Part shown: one piece after another, positions 26,892 to 38,300 of the stretch
How positions within the stretch are numbered: the stretch's first letter is position 1
Layout of the letters: every line of letters begins with the position of its first letter
Notes under the pieces: generated by a model
What the model was told of the DNA's origin: nothing
Seen by the model: only the letters and a program-made list of their open reading frames with translations
The model's database searches: none
Made by a program: the position numbers and the translations under genes
Assembly (NCBI GenBank): GCA_022844165.1
Contig: JALHMH010000020.1
Coordinates: forward strand, 1-64,000
From: Lysobacterales bacterium
GTDB lineage: Bacteria > Pseudomonadota > Gammaproteobacteria > Xanthomonadales > SZUA-5
Length of the DNA: 64,000 bases
Direction: 5' to 3'

Positions 26892-29360
26892 CTACTTCAA
26901 ATCGCGCGCCAGACGAAACCCCGTGGTATTGCTCAGCCAGCTCTTGTCTTCCAGCCGCCGAATCACCACCGCCGCTTCATCGCTGTCGCTGTGCCACGCG
27001 CTCCCCATAATGACGCGTTCGCTGCAATCGCCGCTATCGCGCGCCGATTGGTCAGATTTCCGACCGGCGTGCGCTTCATTCGCACAATCGGCAACCCACT
27101 CGCGAACATTACCCTCAAGATCATAAACGCCACTGGCTGATGCGCCAAAACGGCCCACCGGGGCGGCAAAGGCCATTCCGTCGTCGCAAGCCAGGGTCTT
27201 GTTGCCACCCTCTTGCGCTTTGAAGCTCTGATCGGCCCGATTCCCACTCTTGCAAGCGCTCACCGTCGTCGCCGACGCCAGGTACTGCCACTCCGCCTCG
27301 CTCAACAAACGGTAAGTAAAGCCGGTTGTACTGCTGATCCATCGCGCAAAGGCCAGAGCGTCATCAAAACCCACACAAACGACGGGGTGATTATCGGTTT
27401 GTGTGTAACCTGGTACGCGCCAGGTACGATCTTTGGAGGCGGAAAAAAATCCCTCCTGATTTCGGCAGCTTTGCGCTGTTGTGCGGTGGCCAGTGGCATC
27501 GACGAAACGTCTGTAGTCACCTACCGTGATCTCGTGACGCGACACGGCAAACGGTCGTTCGATGCGAACGGCCACATCGCCACCGCGCCGCGCACCACGC
27601 AACCTCACCTCGCCTTTGCCGATGATGGTCAGTTCGGGGCCACCCTTATCGCGAAAACGATAACCTGGCTTACCGATCACCCCGGCCTCTTTGATCAGCG
27701 CTTCCAGGCTCTTGTCGTCGGGCGACAACTGCTTGGCGAGATTCAACGCTTCAAGCGCCGTTTCTCCCTGCCATGCCTGCAAAGCGATTTGCGCAGTGTC
27801 TTTGAGTTCTTTCAGTTTTCGCTGCCAGGGAGCATCAATTCTCTTGGTCAGCTCAGCCAGATTCATCCCGGGAAGAGCGGCAACCTGCCGCGCACGATCC
27901 AGGCGCTCCCTCGATTCCGGCAGTTTCCACGCCGCTAACTCTGTCTCGGCCAAGGCAATGTATGCATCGACCACGGATGCCAAACCGGCTTTGGCTTCTT
28001 CATTCTCCGGATCGAGCGCCAGCACGCGCGAGAACATGAGGGTTGCGTTCGCCTCGGGCGGCAATTGCAAACGCTGCATCTTGAGGAGTGCCTGACCCAG
28101 CGCGAGCAGCGTTGCCTTCTGCTGCTGTGGCAGCGGCGGCCCAAAATCACTCGGCAAGGGCTCTAAGGACTCGAGCGTTACGCCATCGGAAGTCACGGGC
28201 TGGCTGGCCGTGTCCGCGTCTTGAGGCGCATCTAGAATCGGACTCTCCATCGGAGTCGGGACAATCGGCAGCTGGCTGGGCAACTGCGCATTGGGTTGAC
28301 TCACTGGCTGCTTTGAAACAGCGTGCGAGGAGTCCTCGCGAACTTCTGTGGTACCGCGCGAACTCCAATAGCCATAACCAGCTGCGCCCAATCCGGCGAC
28401 CAGGATCACCGTCAGACCAGCCATCATCCAGGCTGGCACCGCTGTTTTGTCGTTCCGCGGCGGCACCTGTCGAACTAACGACTCGATTTGTGCCGTTGTG
28501 GATTGCACAAGCGTCGGCAGTGGCTTCTCCACCGTCGCCGGCATCGTCGAAGGCGCACCGCTCAAATCGATGCTTGCCAAACTTGTGACAAACTCATCGG
28601 CGGAGCTAAAACGATCTTTGGCTTCCTTTGCCAGCGCCTTGTCGATGAACGCCTGCCAACGAGCCACTTTGGCGGGCAGTCGAGGGATCGGCTCAAACAC
28701 ATGTGCGTAAGCAACCGCAAACCCGTCCGCCCCCTGGTAGGGAGGTGAGCCGACCAAGGCCTCAAACGCAAGCGCTCCGAGGCTGTACAGATCGGACCGC
28801 GCATCGACATCGCCCCCCCGCGCCTGCTCCGGGCTCATGTAGTTGCTTGTTCCGATACTCACGCCGGTACTCGTGATACGGGTTGAGCCGCTCAACGCGC
28901 GGGCGATACCAAAATCTGTCAGCAGCGGCGTATCCGCTGCATCGAACATAATGTTGCCCGGAGTGACATCGCGGTGAATCACGCCTTGTGAGTGCGCAAA
29001 GCCCAATGCTTTCCCAATTCCCGACAAAACGCGAACAACTTCACTCTCGCTGACGCCGCGACGCATCCTCTGAGCAAAGTCGCCGCCGGGAAGGTACTGC
29101 ATCGAGAAATAATGTATGTGGTCGTTGGTCACGCCGACTTCGTAGACCGCGACAATATTTGCATGCGTCAGCGAGGCGATGGTCCGCGCTTCGCGCAGGA
29201 ACCGCTTCGAAAACGTAGCGTCGGCGGCGAGCGCGGGCGCCATCACCTTCAGCGCAACGCGTCGCTCCAAAGACGACTGAATGGCAAGATAGACTCGCGC
29301 CATCCCGCCGACGCCGAGTTCTCGCTCGATCTCGTATCCTGGAATTGCGATCGCTGCCAC
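26892..29360 (-). CDS. Ser/Thr protein kinase with C-terminal FGE-sulfatase domain
   Basis: GVGGMARV, VALK, HRDVTPGN, DFG, YMSPE; TM; HPVVCV, RLLSEAEW, GNVREW, GFRL. Confidence 0.93.
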   Translation of the reverse strand: MAAIAIPGYEIERELGVGGMARVYLAIQSSLERRVALKVMAPALAADATFSKRFLREARTIASLTHANIVAVYEVGVTNDHIHYFSMQYLPGGDFAQRMRRGVSESEVVRVLSGIGKALGFAHSQGVIHRDVTPGNIMFDAADTPLLTDFGIARALSGSTRITSTGVSIGTSNYMSPEQARGGDVDARSDLYSLGALAFEALVGSPPYQGADGFAVAYAHVFEPIPRLPAKVARWQAFIDKALAKEAKDRFSSADEFVTSLASIDLSGAPSTMPATVEKPLPTLVQSTTAQIESLVRQVPPRNDKTAVPAWMMAGLTVILVAGLGAAGYGYWSSRGTTEVREDSSHAVSKQPVSQPNAQLPSQLPIVPTPMESPILDAPQDADTASQPVTSDGVTLESLEPLPSDFGPPLPQQQKATLLALGQALLKMQRLQLPPEANATLMFSRVLALDPENEEAKAGLASVVDAYIALAETELAAWKLPESRERLDRARQVAALPGMNLAELTKRIDAPWQRKLKELKDTAQIALQAWQGETALEALNLAKQLSPDDKSLEALIKEAGVIGKPGYRFRDKGGPELTIIGKGEVRLRGARRGGDVAVRIERPFAVSRHEITVGDYRRFVDATGHRTTAQSCRNQEGFFSASKDRTWRVPGYTQTDNHPVVCVGFDDALAFARWISSTTGFTYRLLSEAEWQYLASATTVSACKSGNRADQSFKAQEGGNKTLACDDGMAFAAPVGRFGASASGVYDLEGNVREWVADCANEAHAGRKSDQSARDSGDCSERVIMGSAWHSDSDEAAVVIRRLEDKSWLSNTTGFRLARDLK

Positions 29361-29415
29361 GCCAACCTGAGCACTAAGAGATGACCGCAGAGTCTAACCC
29401 GAACCACCGCGACGA

Positions 29416-29763
29416 ATGTCGCACTTCCCTGCAATGAGCGCGTGGTGGACGCTGACAATGCTGCTCATCCTGGCCTGTGCTGCCATGGCGTGGCTCGCAC
29501 TTCGCGGATTAGCGGAGAAAGCCACTGTCGCCGGAATGCGGGCGTGCCAGTCGCGCGGCGTGCAATGGCTGGATAGCCATGTGGGTTTCGCCGGCTTACG
29601 ACTGCGTTGGCGCAACGGCCCGCAAGTGCTGGTCGACTTTCGTTTCGACGTGTCACTCACCGGCCAGGATCGGCATGGCGCGCGAATGCGCTATCTAAAC
29701 GGTGAGATCGAGTGGATCAGCTTTCCAACCAATGATGGCGGCAGTGAGTTGTGGACGCCTTGA
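29416..29763 (+). CDS. DUF3301-like membrane protein
   Basis: N-terminal TM, ACQSRGVQWLDSHV, FRFDVSLTGQDR. Confidence 0.7.
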   Translation: MSHFPAMSAWWTLTMLLILACAAMAWLALRGLAEKATVAGMRACQSRGVQWLDSHVGFAGLRLRWRNGPQVLVDFRFDVSLTGQDRHGARMRYLNGEIEWISFPTNDGGSELWTP

Positions 29764-29906
29764 GCGCGCTCGATTCGATCGGTATTGACGATCCCGTCAC
29801 GCGACGCTCTCAACACACGAATAACGCACAACTTTTTGCGGGCGACGACTGGTATCGATTCGCCGACTGATGCAACATTCGGTGTTGGCCCGATCGAGTG
29901 TGTTGC

Positions 29907-32381
29907 ATGCCAGAAATCTTGCTCGTTGAACGATCCGCAACGCTGTGCAACCTGCTTGAGCGCACGCTGGAGTCTGCGGGCGTCGGCATTACCAAACACT
30001 TCGAACGCTTCGGCGACGCCATCGAAGAAATGCGTGAACGCATCGTTGCGTCGCGCTTGCCGGCACTTCTGATCGTCGGCGTTCCAGAGCGCGAACCGGC
30101 AGAGTGCCAGACGCTGCTGAAAATCGTTCGCGAAGTTGGCGGCCAAAGCATGCCGCTTTTGGTGCTTAGTCACGCACCGCTGCCACGGTTGGACTCCTGG
30201 CTTGAGCATCGCGGTCAATCGATGCGTCTTTTGTGGTCGCAGTTTTGGCAGGTCCCAGGCGCGATTAGCGAACTTGCACCGGAACTGCTGTTCCAATCCA
30301 CTCCAGAACGCATCACGCCACAAAGCCCGTTGCGCCTGTTGCTGGTCGATGATTCGGTCAGCGTTCGCCGCACCTACTCGCAGCTGCTGACACAACAGGG
30401 ATATCACGTCGATCTCGCGGAAAGTGTCGCCGATGGCTTCGCGCGCGCGCGCACCGGTCGCTACGATCTGATCATCGTCGATTACTTTCTGCCCGACGGT
30501 ACGGGCGACCAGCTGGTGACACGGCTGAAAGATGAACCAGCAACGCAAGCTGCCCAGATCGCTCTTATCACCGCAACCTATAGCGAAGAAGTCATTCAAA
30601 AGTGCCTCGACGCTGGCGCAGTTGAATGCATGTTCAAAAATGAAGTGGTTGCGCTGACGTTGGCTCGTATCAAGGCGCTCGCACGCTCGGCGTTGGATCG
30701 TCGCCGCACCGAGACGGAGCGGCAACGCCTGGATGGCATCCTGCGCTCGGTGGGCGAAGGCGTGTATGGGCTGGACGATGCGGGCGTTGTCACGTTCGCC
30801 AACCCGACGGCGTGCCGGCTATTGGGACTCATGGACGACAGCAGCTTGATTGGCGTCGGCGGCGGCCAATTGCATTTGAGCCTGGAACGCGAAAACGTCA
30901 GTTCACGCCTGGAAACCGTGTTCTCGACCGCAGACGGTCGTTCGCTGCCCGTCGAGTGCACGATTGTTCCGATGTTGGTCGATGGCGAAGCCGAAGGCTC
31001 TGTGGTCGTGTTTCGCGACATCTCAGAGCGCAAGAGCGTTGAGCGTGTGCGTTGGGAACTGGATCACGACAAACTGACCGGCTTATCGAATCGTCGACAC
31101 TTCCTGGGACAATTGCGCGAAGCGGTCGAACGACACAAAGAAGGTGGTTTTGGTGCGGTGTTGCTGGTCGACATCGATCGTTACACACAAGTGCTGGAAA
31201 ACGCCGGGGAGATCGCCGGGCAGCAGCTGTTGGTCGATATCGGCCAGCGCCTGCAGGCGCGCTTGCGGGATCATGACGGTGTGGCGCGGCTGGAGAACGA
31301 TCAATTCGCGCTGCGGCTGGAGAATGTCCAGCTGGAGCATCTATACACGCTCGCCGATTCACTGCGCGAAATGTTGCACGACGTGCGGTACACCGATCAC
31401 GCAGGGCGCGCCCTGAGCGTCACGGTTTCGGTTGGCGTAGCGATCATCAGCAAAGACTCGCCCTCAGGCGAATATGTGCTGGAGAACGCGCGGCAGGCTT
31501 GTGCTCAGGCCAAACGACGTGGCCAGAACCAAACGCAGATTTTTGTAGTCGAAAGCGATTCGCGCGCGGCGCGCGAGCTGGAAGCCGGCTGGGCACAGCG
31601 CATCCGCGAAGCCATGAGCGAAGACCGCATGATTTTGCTCGGTCATCCGATTCTGCCGATACAGGGCCTCGTCCGCGAGGGCCAGCGCTGGCACGTTCGT
31701 GGCGATGGTTACGAGCAGGCTTTTGAAGTGTTGATCCGCATGGTTAACCGCGATGGCCAATGGGTCAGCCCCAGCGTGTTCGTGCCGTTGGCCGAACGTG
31801 CCAATCTGATGTCCAAGATCGATCTTTGGGTGATCGCGCGTACCGTGCGGATCGCATCACGGGTGCCCGACGACGCGCCGATCGCCTTTGCCATCAACTT
31901 GTCGAACCAGACCCTGCAGGACGCCGATGCGCTGGGCCATATCGAAAACACCTTTGCCAGCCACCGAGTACCGCCCGGTCGATTTATTTTCGAAATTTCG
32001 GAGATCGGTGAGATCCATCAACTGCACTCTGCGCGCCGCTTCATGACACAGCTCAAGAAATTGGGCTGCCGTTTCGCGCTTGACGATTTCGGGTCTGGCA
32101 ATAACTCTTTGAGCCACCTGAAGTGGTTACCGGTCGATCTGGTCAAAGTCAACGGCGAGTTTGTCGCTGAGAAACAAGGCAGCGAGGTCGACCGGGCAAT
32201 GGCCCTGTCGCTGACGCAAATGGCACACTCGCTGAAGCTCAAAGTCATCGCCGAACGCGTCGACTCAGCGAAAGCGCTGACGTGGTTGAAAGCCGCCAAA
32301 GTGGACATGGTCCAAGGGCACTTGTTTGGCGAACCGCAGCGCCTGGATGAGATCGACTTCGAGGCTTTGTTGGAAACTTGA
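29907..32381 (+). CDS. REC-REC-PAS-GGDEF-EAL signalling protein
   Basis: LLVDDS...IVDYFLPDG; PAS; DKLTGLSNR with degenerate ENDQF; FEVLIR, ALDDFGSG, IAE, QG. Confidence 0.92.
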   Translation: MPEILLVERSATLCNLLERTLESAGVGITKHFERFGDAIEEMRERIVASRLPALLIVGVPEREPAECQTLLKIVREVGGQSMPLLVLSHAPLPRLDSWLEHRGQSMRLLWSQFWQVPGAISELAPELLFQSTPERITPQSPLRLLLVDDSVSVRRTYSQLLTQQGYHVDLAESVADGFARARTGRYDLIIVDYFLPDGTGDQLVTRLKDEPATQAAQIALITATYSEEVIQKCLDAGAVECMFKNEVVALTLARIKALARSALDRRRTETERQRLDGILRSVGEGVYGLDDAGVVTFANPTACRLLGLMDDSSLIGVGGGQLHLSLERENVSSRLETVFSTADGRSLPVECTIVPMLVDGEAEGSVVVFRDISERKSVERVRWELDHDKLTGLSNRRHFLGQLREAVERHKEGGFGAVLLVDIDRYTQVLENAGEIAGQQLLVDIGQRLQARLRDHDGVARLENDQFALRLENVQLEHLYTLADSLREMLHDVRYTDHAGRALSVTVSVGVAIISKDSPSGEYVLENARQACAQAKRRGQNQTQIFVVESDSRAARELEAGWAQRIREAMSEDRMILLGHPILPIQGLVREGQRWHVRGDGYEQAFEVLIRMVNRDGQWVSPSVFVPLAERANLMSKIDLWVIARTVRIASRVPDDAPIAFAINLSNQTLQDADALGHIENTFASHRVPPGRFIFEISEIGEIHQLHSARRFMTQLKKLGCRFALDDFGSGNNSLSHLKWLPVDLVKVNGEFVAEKQGSEVDRAMALSLTQMAHSLKLKVIAERVDSAKALTWLKAAKVDMVQGHLFGEPQRLDEIDFEALLET

Positions 32382-32491
32382 CTGGCCTGTGGCGCCCAGT
32401 TGGGCAAGTCAATTGCCACCAAATCTGAGCAGAACTCCAAATGACGCTCGATCGACGTCGGCTTCGGCCGCCCGTGGGCTTCTCAGCGAGT

Positions 32492-33298
32492 CTACCAAGC
32501 TGCATTGCCACCAAAGCCGAGCAGAGCCCCGAGCGCATGACGAACCGAACCTAGTCGCTCTGCGATCTTCGTAGCGTCGGCAATTTCCACAGAGCGCTCC
32601 AACAACATCAGATCTTGTGTGAAGTTCTCCTTTGCGAGTCTCAGCGAATCCCCGTAAAGACCCAACAGCTCAGAGTGGGCGCCAGTCCGAGCCAAAAGGG
32701 CTGCAGAATCAAACCGAGCTCCCTGAAATTGGAACATCAGAGGTAACGCGAGGATCTCCATTCCTCCGCATCCTTCCTCCAAGAGGCTCCTCATAAACAA
32801 GTGCCTTGCAACCCGTCCATTGCCGTCGGAAAACGGGTGAATCGAAATCAACACAAACCACAACGCCATGGCGAAGCAAGTATGTCGGCGCTCGCTGAGT
32901 GAATACTTGCTTGCGACGGACACCAACGTTCTCATGAGTTGACCGACAACCCCGACTCGTGGGGCAAGAAAAGCATTTCCAACTGCGTTGGGGCTGGTAA
33001 CGCGAATAGACGATTTGCGGAGTTCAAACCTCGGGCCGTAGAGCTTCTTGCCCGTCACTTGCATCGCTGAGGCCCTCAGTAGCTTACTTAGCGCAAAAAT
33101 CTGAACGCCATCCAGAGCATTCTGAATTGTCAACAAATCGTCGGTCGACGATCGAAGCCCGGCATGAGTCAGCAGTGCCCCCAAGACCCAAACAGCCTTC
33201 CGAGAAAGGAGATGATCGACTCCGAGTCGAACCTTGGTCGATTCATCGAAGATGCGTACTATCCAATTTTGGTCCAAGGGTTCTTCGTACGGAGTCAT
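32492..33298 (-). CDS. Fic family protein
   Basis: HPFSDGNGRVAR canonical Fic motif; start uncertain. Confidence 0.85.
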   Translation of the reverse strand: MTPYEEPLDQNWIVRIFDESTKVRLGVDHLLSRKAVWVLGALLTHAGLRSSTDDLLTIQNALDGVQIFALSKLLRASAMQVTGKKLYGPRFELRKSSIRVTSPNAVGNAFLAPRVGVVGQLMRTLVSVASKYSLSERRHTCFAMALWFVLISIHPFSDGNGRVARHLFMRSLLEEGCGGMEILALPLMFQFQGARFDSAALLARTGAHSELLGLYGDSLRLAKENFTQDLMLLERSVEIADATKIAERLGSVRHALGALLGFGGNAAW

Positions 33299-33387
33299 AT
33301 TCGAACTCGAAGAGAGGTCGCTCGAACCGCCGCGAGCAGGGCTCGACCTTAGGTCGAGCCCGATGCGATTGTCGGCGCCGTTGACGA

Positions 33388-33660
33388 TCAGGGAAATTCG
33401 TCTGGATATGCTTCGCGACAGGTCATTGTGATGGTGGCGACGGGCCCCCCGTTGTAGCTCCAAGACCAGACCAAAATTCCGTCAGGGTTTCCTACGCACT
33501 CTAGTGGCAATCCCGCGGGTCCCGTCCACCCTGCGTCGCATGAGTTGCAGTCGTTGTGCCACCAGCCGAATTCTGGCGGCAGGTCGACAGCTAGTGCCGG
33601 AGCGGATGCAGCGGCGAGTAAAGTAATGGAAATGATTCGGCTCAACGCCTTGATTTTCAT
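33388..33660 (-). CDS. Small secreted cysteine-containing protein
   Basis: Signal peptide MKIKALSRIISITLLAAASAPALA, four Cys, Trp-rich; GAGG upstream. Confidence 0.75.
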   Translation of the reverse strand: MKIKALSRIISITLLAAASAPALAVDLPPEFGWWHNDCNSCDAGWTGPAGLPLECVGNPDGILVWSWSYNGGPVATITMTCREAYPDEFP

Positions 33661-34118
33661 CTTCGAACCTCAGCAAATTTGGAAGTTAAGTTTCTCGATT
33701 ACGAGTCGAGCGCATGACTGAGCAGCTTTGCGCCGGATAGAACTAACGCGAACGCCGATTTGGGCGTACTATCTATTCGCGTGACGCCAGGCTGCTGGCA
33801 GTTACACGGACTAACGTCAGAAAATCGCTCACGGCGACGGAGCACTTCTCTGGCGATGGGGAATCCATCGAGAAGGGGAGTCGCCGCCGCCAATGGGGCG
33901 CAGCCACTGCTGATCGGTCGCCGAGAGGCGCCAGTCTGCCAAAAAGCCCGAAAGCTCAGATGAAACGATTATGGAACGGATCTAAGCAGCGTCGGTCGAC
34001 GAAAGCCCTGCAAACGACCCAACACATGGTTCTAAGTAACCGAACCTGCTGGCCGGGTCCGGATCTTTGACGAATTTGAGTGTTTGTCAGGATGCCTTGG
34101 TCGCCAACCGCGAACGAC

Positions 34119-34553
34119 TCACTTCACGATACGCAAAGCCGGCCGTTCGCGGATAGGTTTATTGGTGTTCTCTTCGGGCGCCGATTCAGCTGGTTCGACA
34201 GTATCGGCAACGGCGTCTTCGGCCGGAAACATCATGCCCTGCCCGTTTTCTTGGGCATAAATCGCAAGCACTGCCGCCATGGGCACAATGACCTGATGAC
34301 TGATGCCGGAAAAACGCGCGTGGAAGCGGATGTCCTCCAGTCCCAGGTCTAGTCGATCGACCGCCCGCGGTGCAAGATTCAAGACCACCTGGCCATCTTT
34401 AATGGCCGAGGGTGGCACGCGAACGTGGGGGCGATTGGCATCGCACAACACATAAGGGGTGCAGCGGTTGTCGATGATCCAATCGTAGATCGCGCGGATC
34501 AAATACGGTTTGGTCGGCGTCATCTGGGCCGTATCGGCAGTCACGTCAGGCAT
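34119..34553 (-). CDS. sspB: ClpXP adaptor SspB
   Basis: KPYLIRAIYDWIIDNRCTPY, IYAQENGQGM, C-terminal RPALRIVK ClpX-binding tail. Confidence 0.95.
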   Translation of the reverse strand: MPDVTADTAQMTPTKPYLIRAIYDWIIDNRCTPYVLCDANRPHVRVPPSAIKDGQVVLNLAPRAVDRLDLGLEDIRFHARFSGISHQVIVPMAAVLAIYAQENGQGMMFPAEDAVADTVEPAESAPEENTNKPIRERPALRIVK

Positions 34554-34556
34554 TCC

Positions 34557-35186
34557 TTAAGGGTTGAGCGTGCGTTCGGGTTCGGTGAGCGTGCGCTGAA
34601 AAAGCGGTGTTTGAAACAAACGCGTGGCGTAGGCATCGATACTGGGGCCTAGCTCCCTGAGCGCCAGACCAATACTGGGCAGGCGCCACAAAATTGGCAA
34701 GATCAGACTATCGCACCAACCTACCTCGTTGCTGAGAAAATATTTAGCTGCTTTGAACAGCGGATCGGCCTCTGCGAGGCTGGCCTTGAGCTGTGTTTTG
34801 GCCTTCTGCGCTGCACTCGAATTGCCGGTGCGAGCTCCATCCAGCGCATCGGACCATTCGCGCTCGATGCGATGCCCCGTCAACCGCATGCGCGCGCGGC
34901 CAATGGGATCGTTGGGCAAAAGTGGCGGATGCGGGAATCTCTCATCCAGGTATTCGGCAATGATGCGCGGTTCGTACAGCGTAATTTCGCGCTCCAGCAA
35001 CGCGGGTATCGTTAGCGAAGCGCCTGCGGTGCTCAATTCGCCAGGCAGCTGATCTCGTTCGACATAAACCACATCGTGCGGCAGGGCCTTCAAGCCCAAG
35101 ACAAAGCGCATCGTATGCGAGCGCTGACAGTCCAGCAGCGAATACAAGGTTAGCGCGCTGCGCGATCGTGGTCCCGGTGGCGACAT
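34557..35186 (-). CDS. sspA: Stringent starvation protein A (GST-like)
   Basis: IIAEYLDERFPHPPLLP, PILWRL; directly upstream of sspB. Confidence 0.88.
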   Translation of the reverse strand: MSPPGPRSRSALTLYSLLDCQRSHTMRFVLGLKALPHDVVYVERDQLPGELSTAGASLTIPALLEREITLYEPRIIAEYLDERFPHPPLLPNDPIGRARMRLTGHRIEREWSDALDGARTGNSSAAQKAKTQLKASLAEADPLFKAAKYFLSNEVGWCDSLILPILWRLPSIGLALRELGPSIDAYATRLFQTPLFQRTLTEPERTLNP

Positions 35187-35260
35187 GCCCATCTCCCCCA
35201 AGCGGTCCCGGAGAGATTAGCGTGTCGATGCCGCACAATCCAGATCGCAGGAACAACAAG

Positions 35261-35280
35261 GCCGCCCAAAGGCGGCCCTG
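35261..35280 (-). terminator. Terminator-like hairpin after the TonB receptor
   Basis: gccgcc/ggcggc stem with ttgttgttc tail on the minus strand. Confidence 0.55.
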
Positions 35281-35309
35281 CTGCAAAACTTCGACGCTCG
35301 CCGGCCAGA

Positions 35310-38300
35310 TCAGAAGCGATAGCGGAAGCCCATTTGCACCGCCCAACGCGACTCACCGGTGCGATCACGACGCAGGAAGTCCTCCGGCGTTGCCAGCACG
35401 TCGTACACATACTGACCGCTAGCGTTGATGCCCGCAAAGTTGACAAAACTGCGCGCCTGACCACCGTTACCCTGGAAGCCAACCTCGTCGATTACGCCCC
35501 AGTCTTTGTTGATCAGGTTGCCGACGTTGAGGATGTCGAACCAGATCTCAGCTTTGTTGTCGGCAAAAAAGCCGGGGAGTTCTTGCGAGATGCGGATGTC
35601 GAAGTTGTGTACCCAAGGCGCAAAAAATTCGTTCCGCGGCACCGTTTGACCAATGAAGCCAGACAAGCCCAGGCTTTGGACCAGCTGGTCGTACACCGCG
35701 CGCTCCGCCGGATCAGTGAACGTCACCTGCGCAGCAGTTGGCAAGTACATCAGATCGTTGCCAGCCAAACCGTCGCCGTTCATATCGTTATTGAAGGTGA
35801 AGCTGTACGGCTTGCCTTCGCGACCCTCGTAGAACATCGCGAATTCGGTCTTATAGTTGTCGAAGAAGAAGTGGCGATAACTCATCGTCGCGGTGAAGCG
35901 ATCCTTGTTCACATATGGCGATCGCGATGCAACTTCTTCGTTGGGATTGAAGATCGAGCGGCTCGCCCAGTTGGAAATCGCGCGACTGGACGTGAGACCG
36001 TTGACCTCTTCCGCGTCGGTGTAAGCGTACGCCACCTGCGCGAAGATGTTGGACTCTTCGGTCATCGGCTTGGTCAACGAAACGGTGAAGTTTTCGCCGC
36101 GGCCTTTGTTGGTGTTGCGGGCCAGAAGCACTTCGCGGAATGCGGTATTTCGGCGCGAACGTGCCGTGCCGCCGAACACGCCATTGGTACCATAACGCGC
36201 CGGGTCGAACGTCGCCCAATACAAGTTGCGGCCGTCCAGACCGAGACGAGTCGGTGTGCCCAGATTCAGATGTTCATAGAACACCGCGTCTTCGACTTCC
36301 GTCAGGATCACTTCAGCCGATCCTACCAGACCCCACCACGGCAACTCATGTTCAACCGCAAGATTGCCCTTCCATACGGATGGCTGGTTCAGATCATCGG
36401 AGACAATGTCGACGTCTGCCGCCGGCGTACCGAATCGCGGCTGGTTGTTCGGATCAGGACTGAAGCCAGGACGTGTGGTCGGGCAGTTCGCCAGACCCGG
36501 CACGCTGCAGCCGAACACCGAAATAGTCAAGCCGTTGTTGGTGTAAGGATTGGACAGCCAGACGTTCGCCGCTGCACCTTGGAACAAACCAACACCGCCA
36601 CGCAGCTGCGTCGGACGTTCCGTGTCGAACGTGTAGTTAAACCCGAATCGTGGCTGGATGACATCGTTGCCATCAATGGTCTGATCGTTGCGAATGCCGA
36701 ATGCACTGAGAGCCGCCTGATTGAACGGCGGACGCTCGTCCGTACCTGGGGTGTCGATGCGGAACCCATACATCAAGGTCAAGTTCAGGTTGACGTTCCA
36801 CGTATCTTGAACGAACCAACCAACATTGGTAAGTTCAAAGTCCGCAGCCGCCGTCTCGGGAGCACCGCCTGTTGCGGCGCGATAGACGTATTCGCTGTAG
36901 ATACCGTTCCTGAAGTTTTGCGTGGCTGTTGCCGTCACCTGGTTATTGACTCGGGTGTCCGAGAACCGATACTGCCCAAAGTTCGATTCCAGGAACAAAT
37001 TGTAGATGTCGTTCGCTTCATAGTCGAAGCCAAATTTGAACGTGTGATCTCCCACAAAAATGTTACCTGCGCCAAATCCGTTGAACGTCTGGGTCTCCAG
37101 CACGTTCTGGTGCCGGAATTGTTCCGTTCCGAAACGGAAGTTGGCCGTACCGAAATCCACCTGGATCTGCGGTTGGTTTGCGAAGGTTCGCGGCGTGCTG
37201 AAGTAGTCGCGGTAAGACGCACGGAACTCGGTCGAAAATGAGTCGGTCCAATCGCTGAACAACTCGACGACATAGTTGTCGAATTCTTTCTCTTGTGTGT
37301 ACCAATAACTGGACAGGGAGAAGAAGTTGTTGCCGAAACCGGGCAGGATCGCTTCGGCTTGTTCGGTGCGGCTGAAGCGAAATGCTGCGCGGTGTTGGTC
37401 GCTGATGTTCCAATCGAAGCGCGCCAGCAAGGTCTCGACTTCGGTATCGATGTCGCTCGGGTTCAAGTCGCCTGGATTCAATCGATAGACGTTTCGTGCG
37501 ATATCGATCACTTCCTGGAGCTGTGCCGCACTAATACCGTTCGTCGCACGATTGAATGGGCCTGCGCTCAGATCGGGCGCCGGCGACTTCAGTTCGGACT
37601 TGTCGTAGTTGACAAAGAAGAACAGACGATCTTCGAGGATCGGTCCGCCCAGGGTGGCCCCGTAAGTGCGCTCGTTATCGAAACCCGCAAACTTCACGCC
37701 ACGATCATCTGTCTCACGCACCCAATCGGAATCGCGGTAGGTGCCATACACCGAGCCCGTGAACTCGTTGGTACCGGATTTGGTGACCGCATTGATGTTT
37801 GCGCCGGTATAACCACGCTGCGTGATGTCAAAATTCGCGATGTTCAACTGCACGGACTCGATGGCGTCGATCGAGATCGGCTGGCGAATCGTGGGCAGAT
37901 TGTTGGACTCAAGACCGAAAGTGTCGTTGGTGGACACCGAGTCGATGGTCACCGAGTTGTAGCGCGAATTCTGGCCGAGGGCGGAAATTTCGCCACGTTC
38001 TTTGTCGGTTTGCGAAATGCGCGGATCAAGGCGCGCGTAATCTTGCAAATCGCGACGGATGGACGGCAGTGCGTTGATGGTCTCGCGCGAAATATCCGTG
38101 CTCGCGCCCATACGCTCAGAAGAAAAGATATCGGACTGAGCGGAAGCGACAACTTCGACAGCCGTCATCTCAACGGTTTCCGGCTCGAGGTCGACGATCA
38201 GCGAAGCCGTTTCGCCGAGTGCCAGTGTTAAGTTATCGGTCGCCTCGCCTTGAAAACCATCGGCGGTCACAGTGACACGGAACGGACCGCCAACGCGCAA

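Noticed and set aside
35334-37241. 635-aa plus-strand ORF
   Set aside because: Antisense to the TonB receptor; typical stop-free shadow frame in GC-rich DNA
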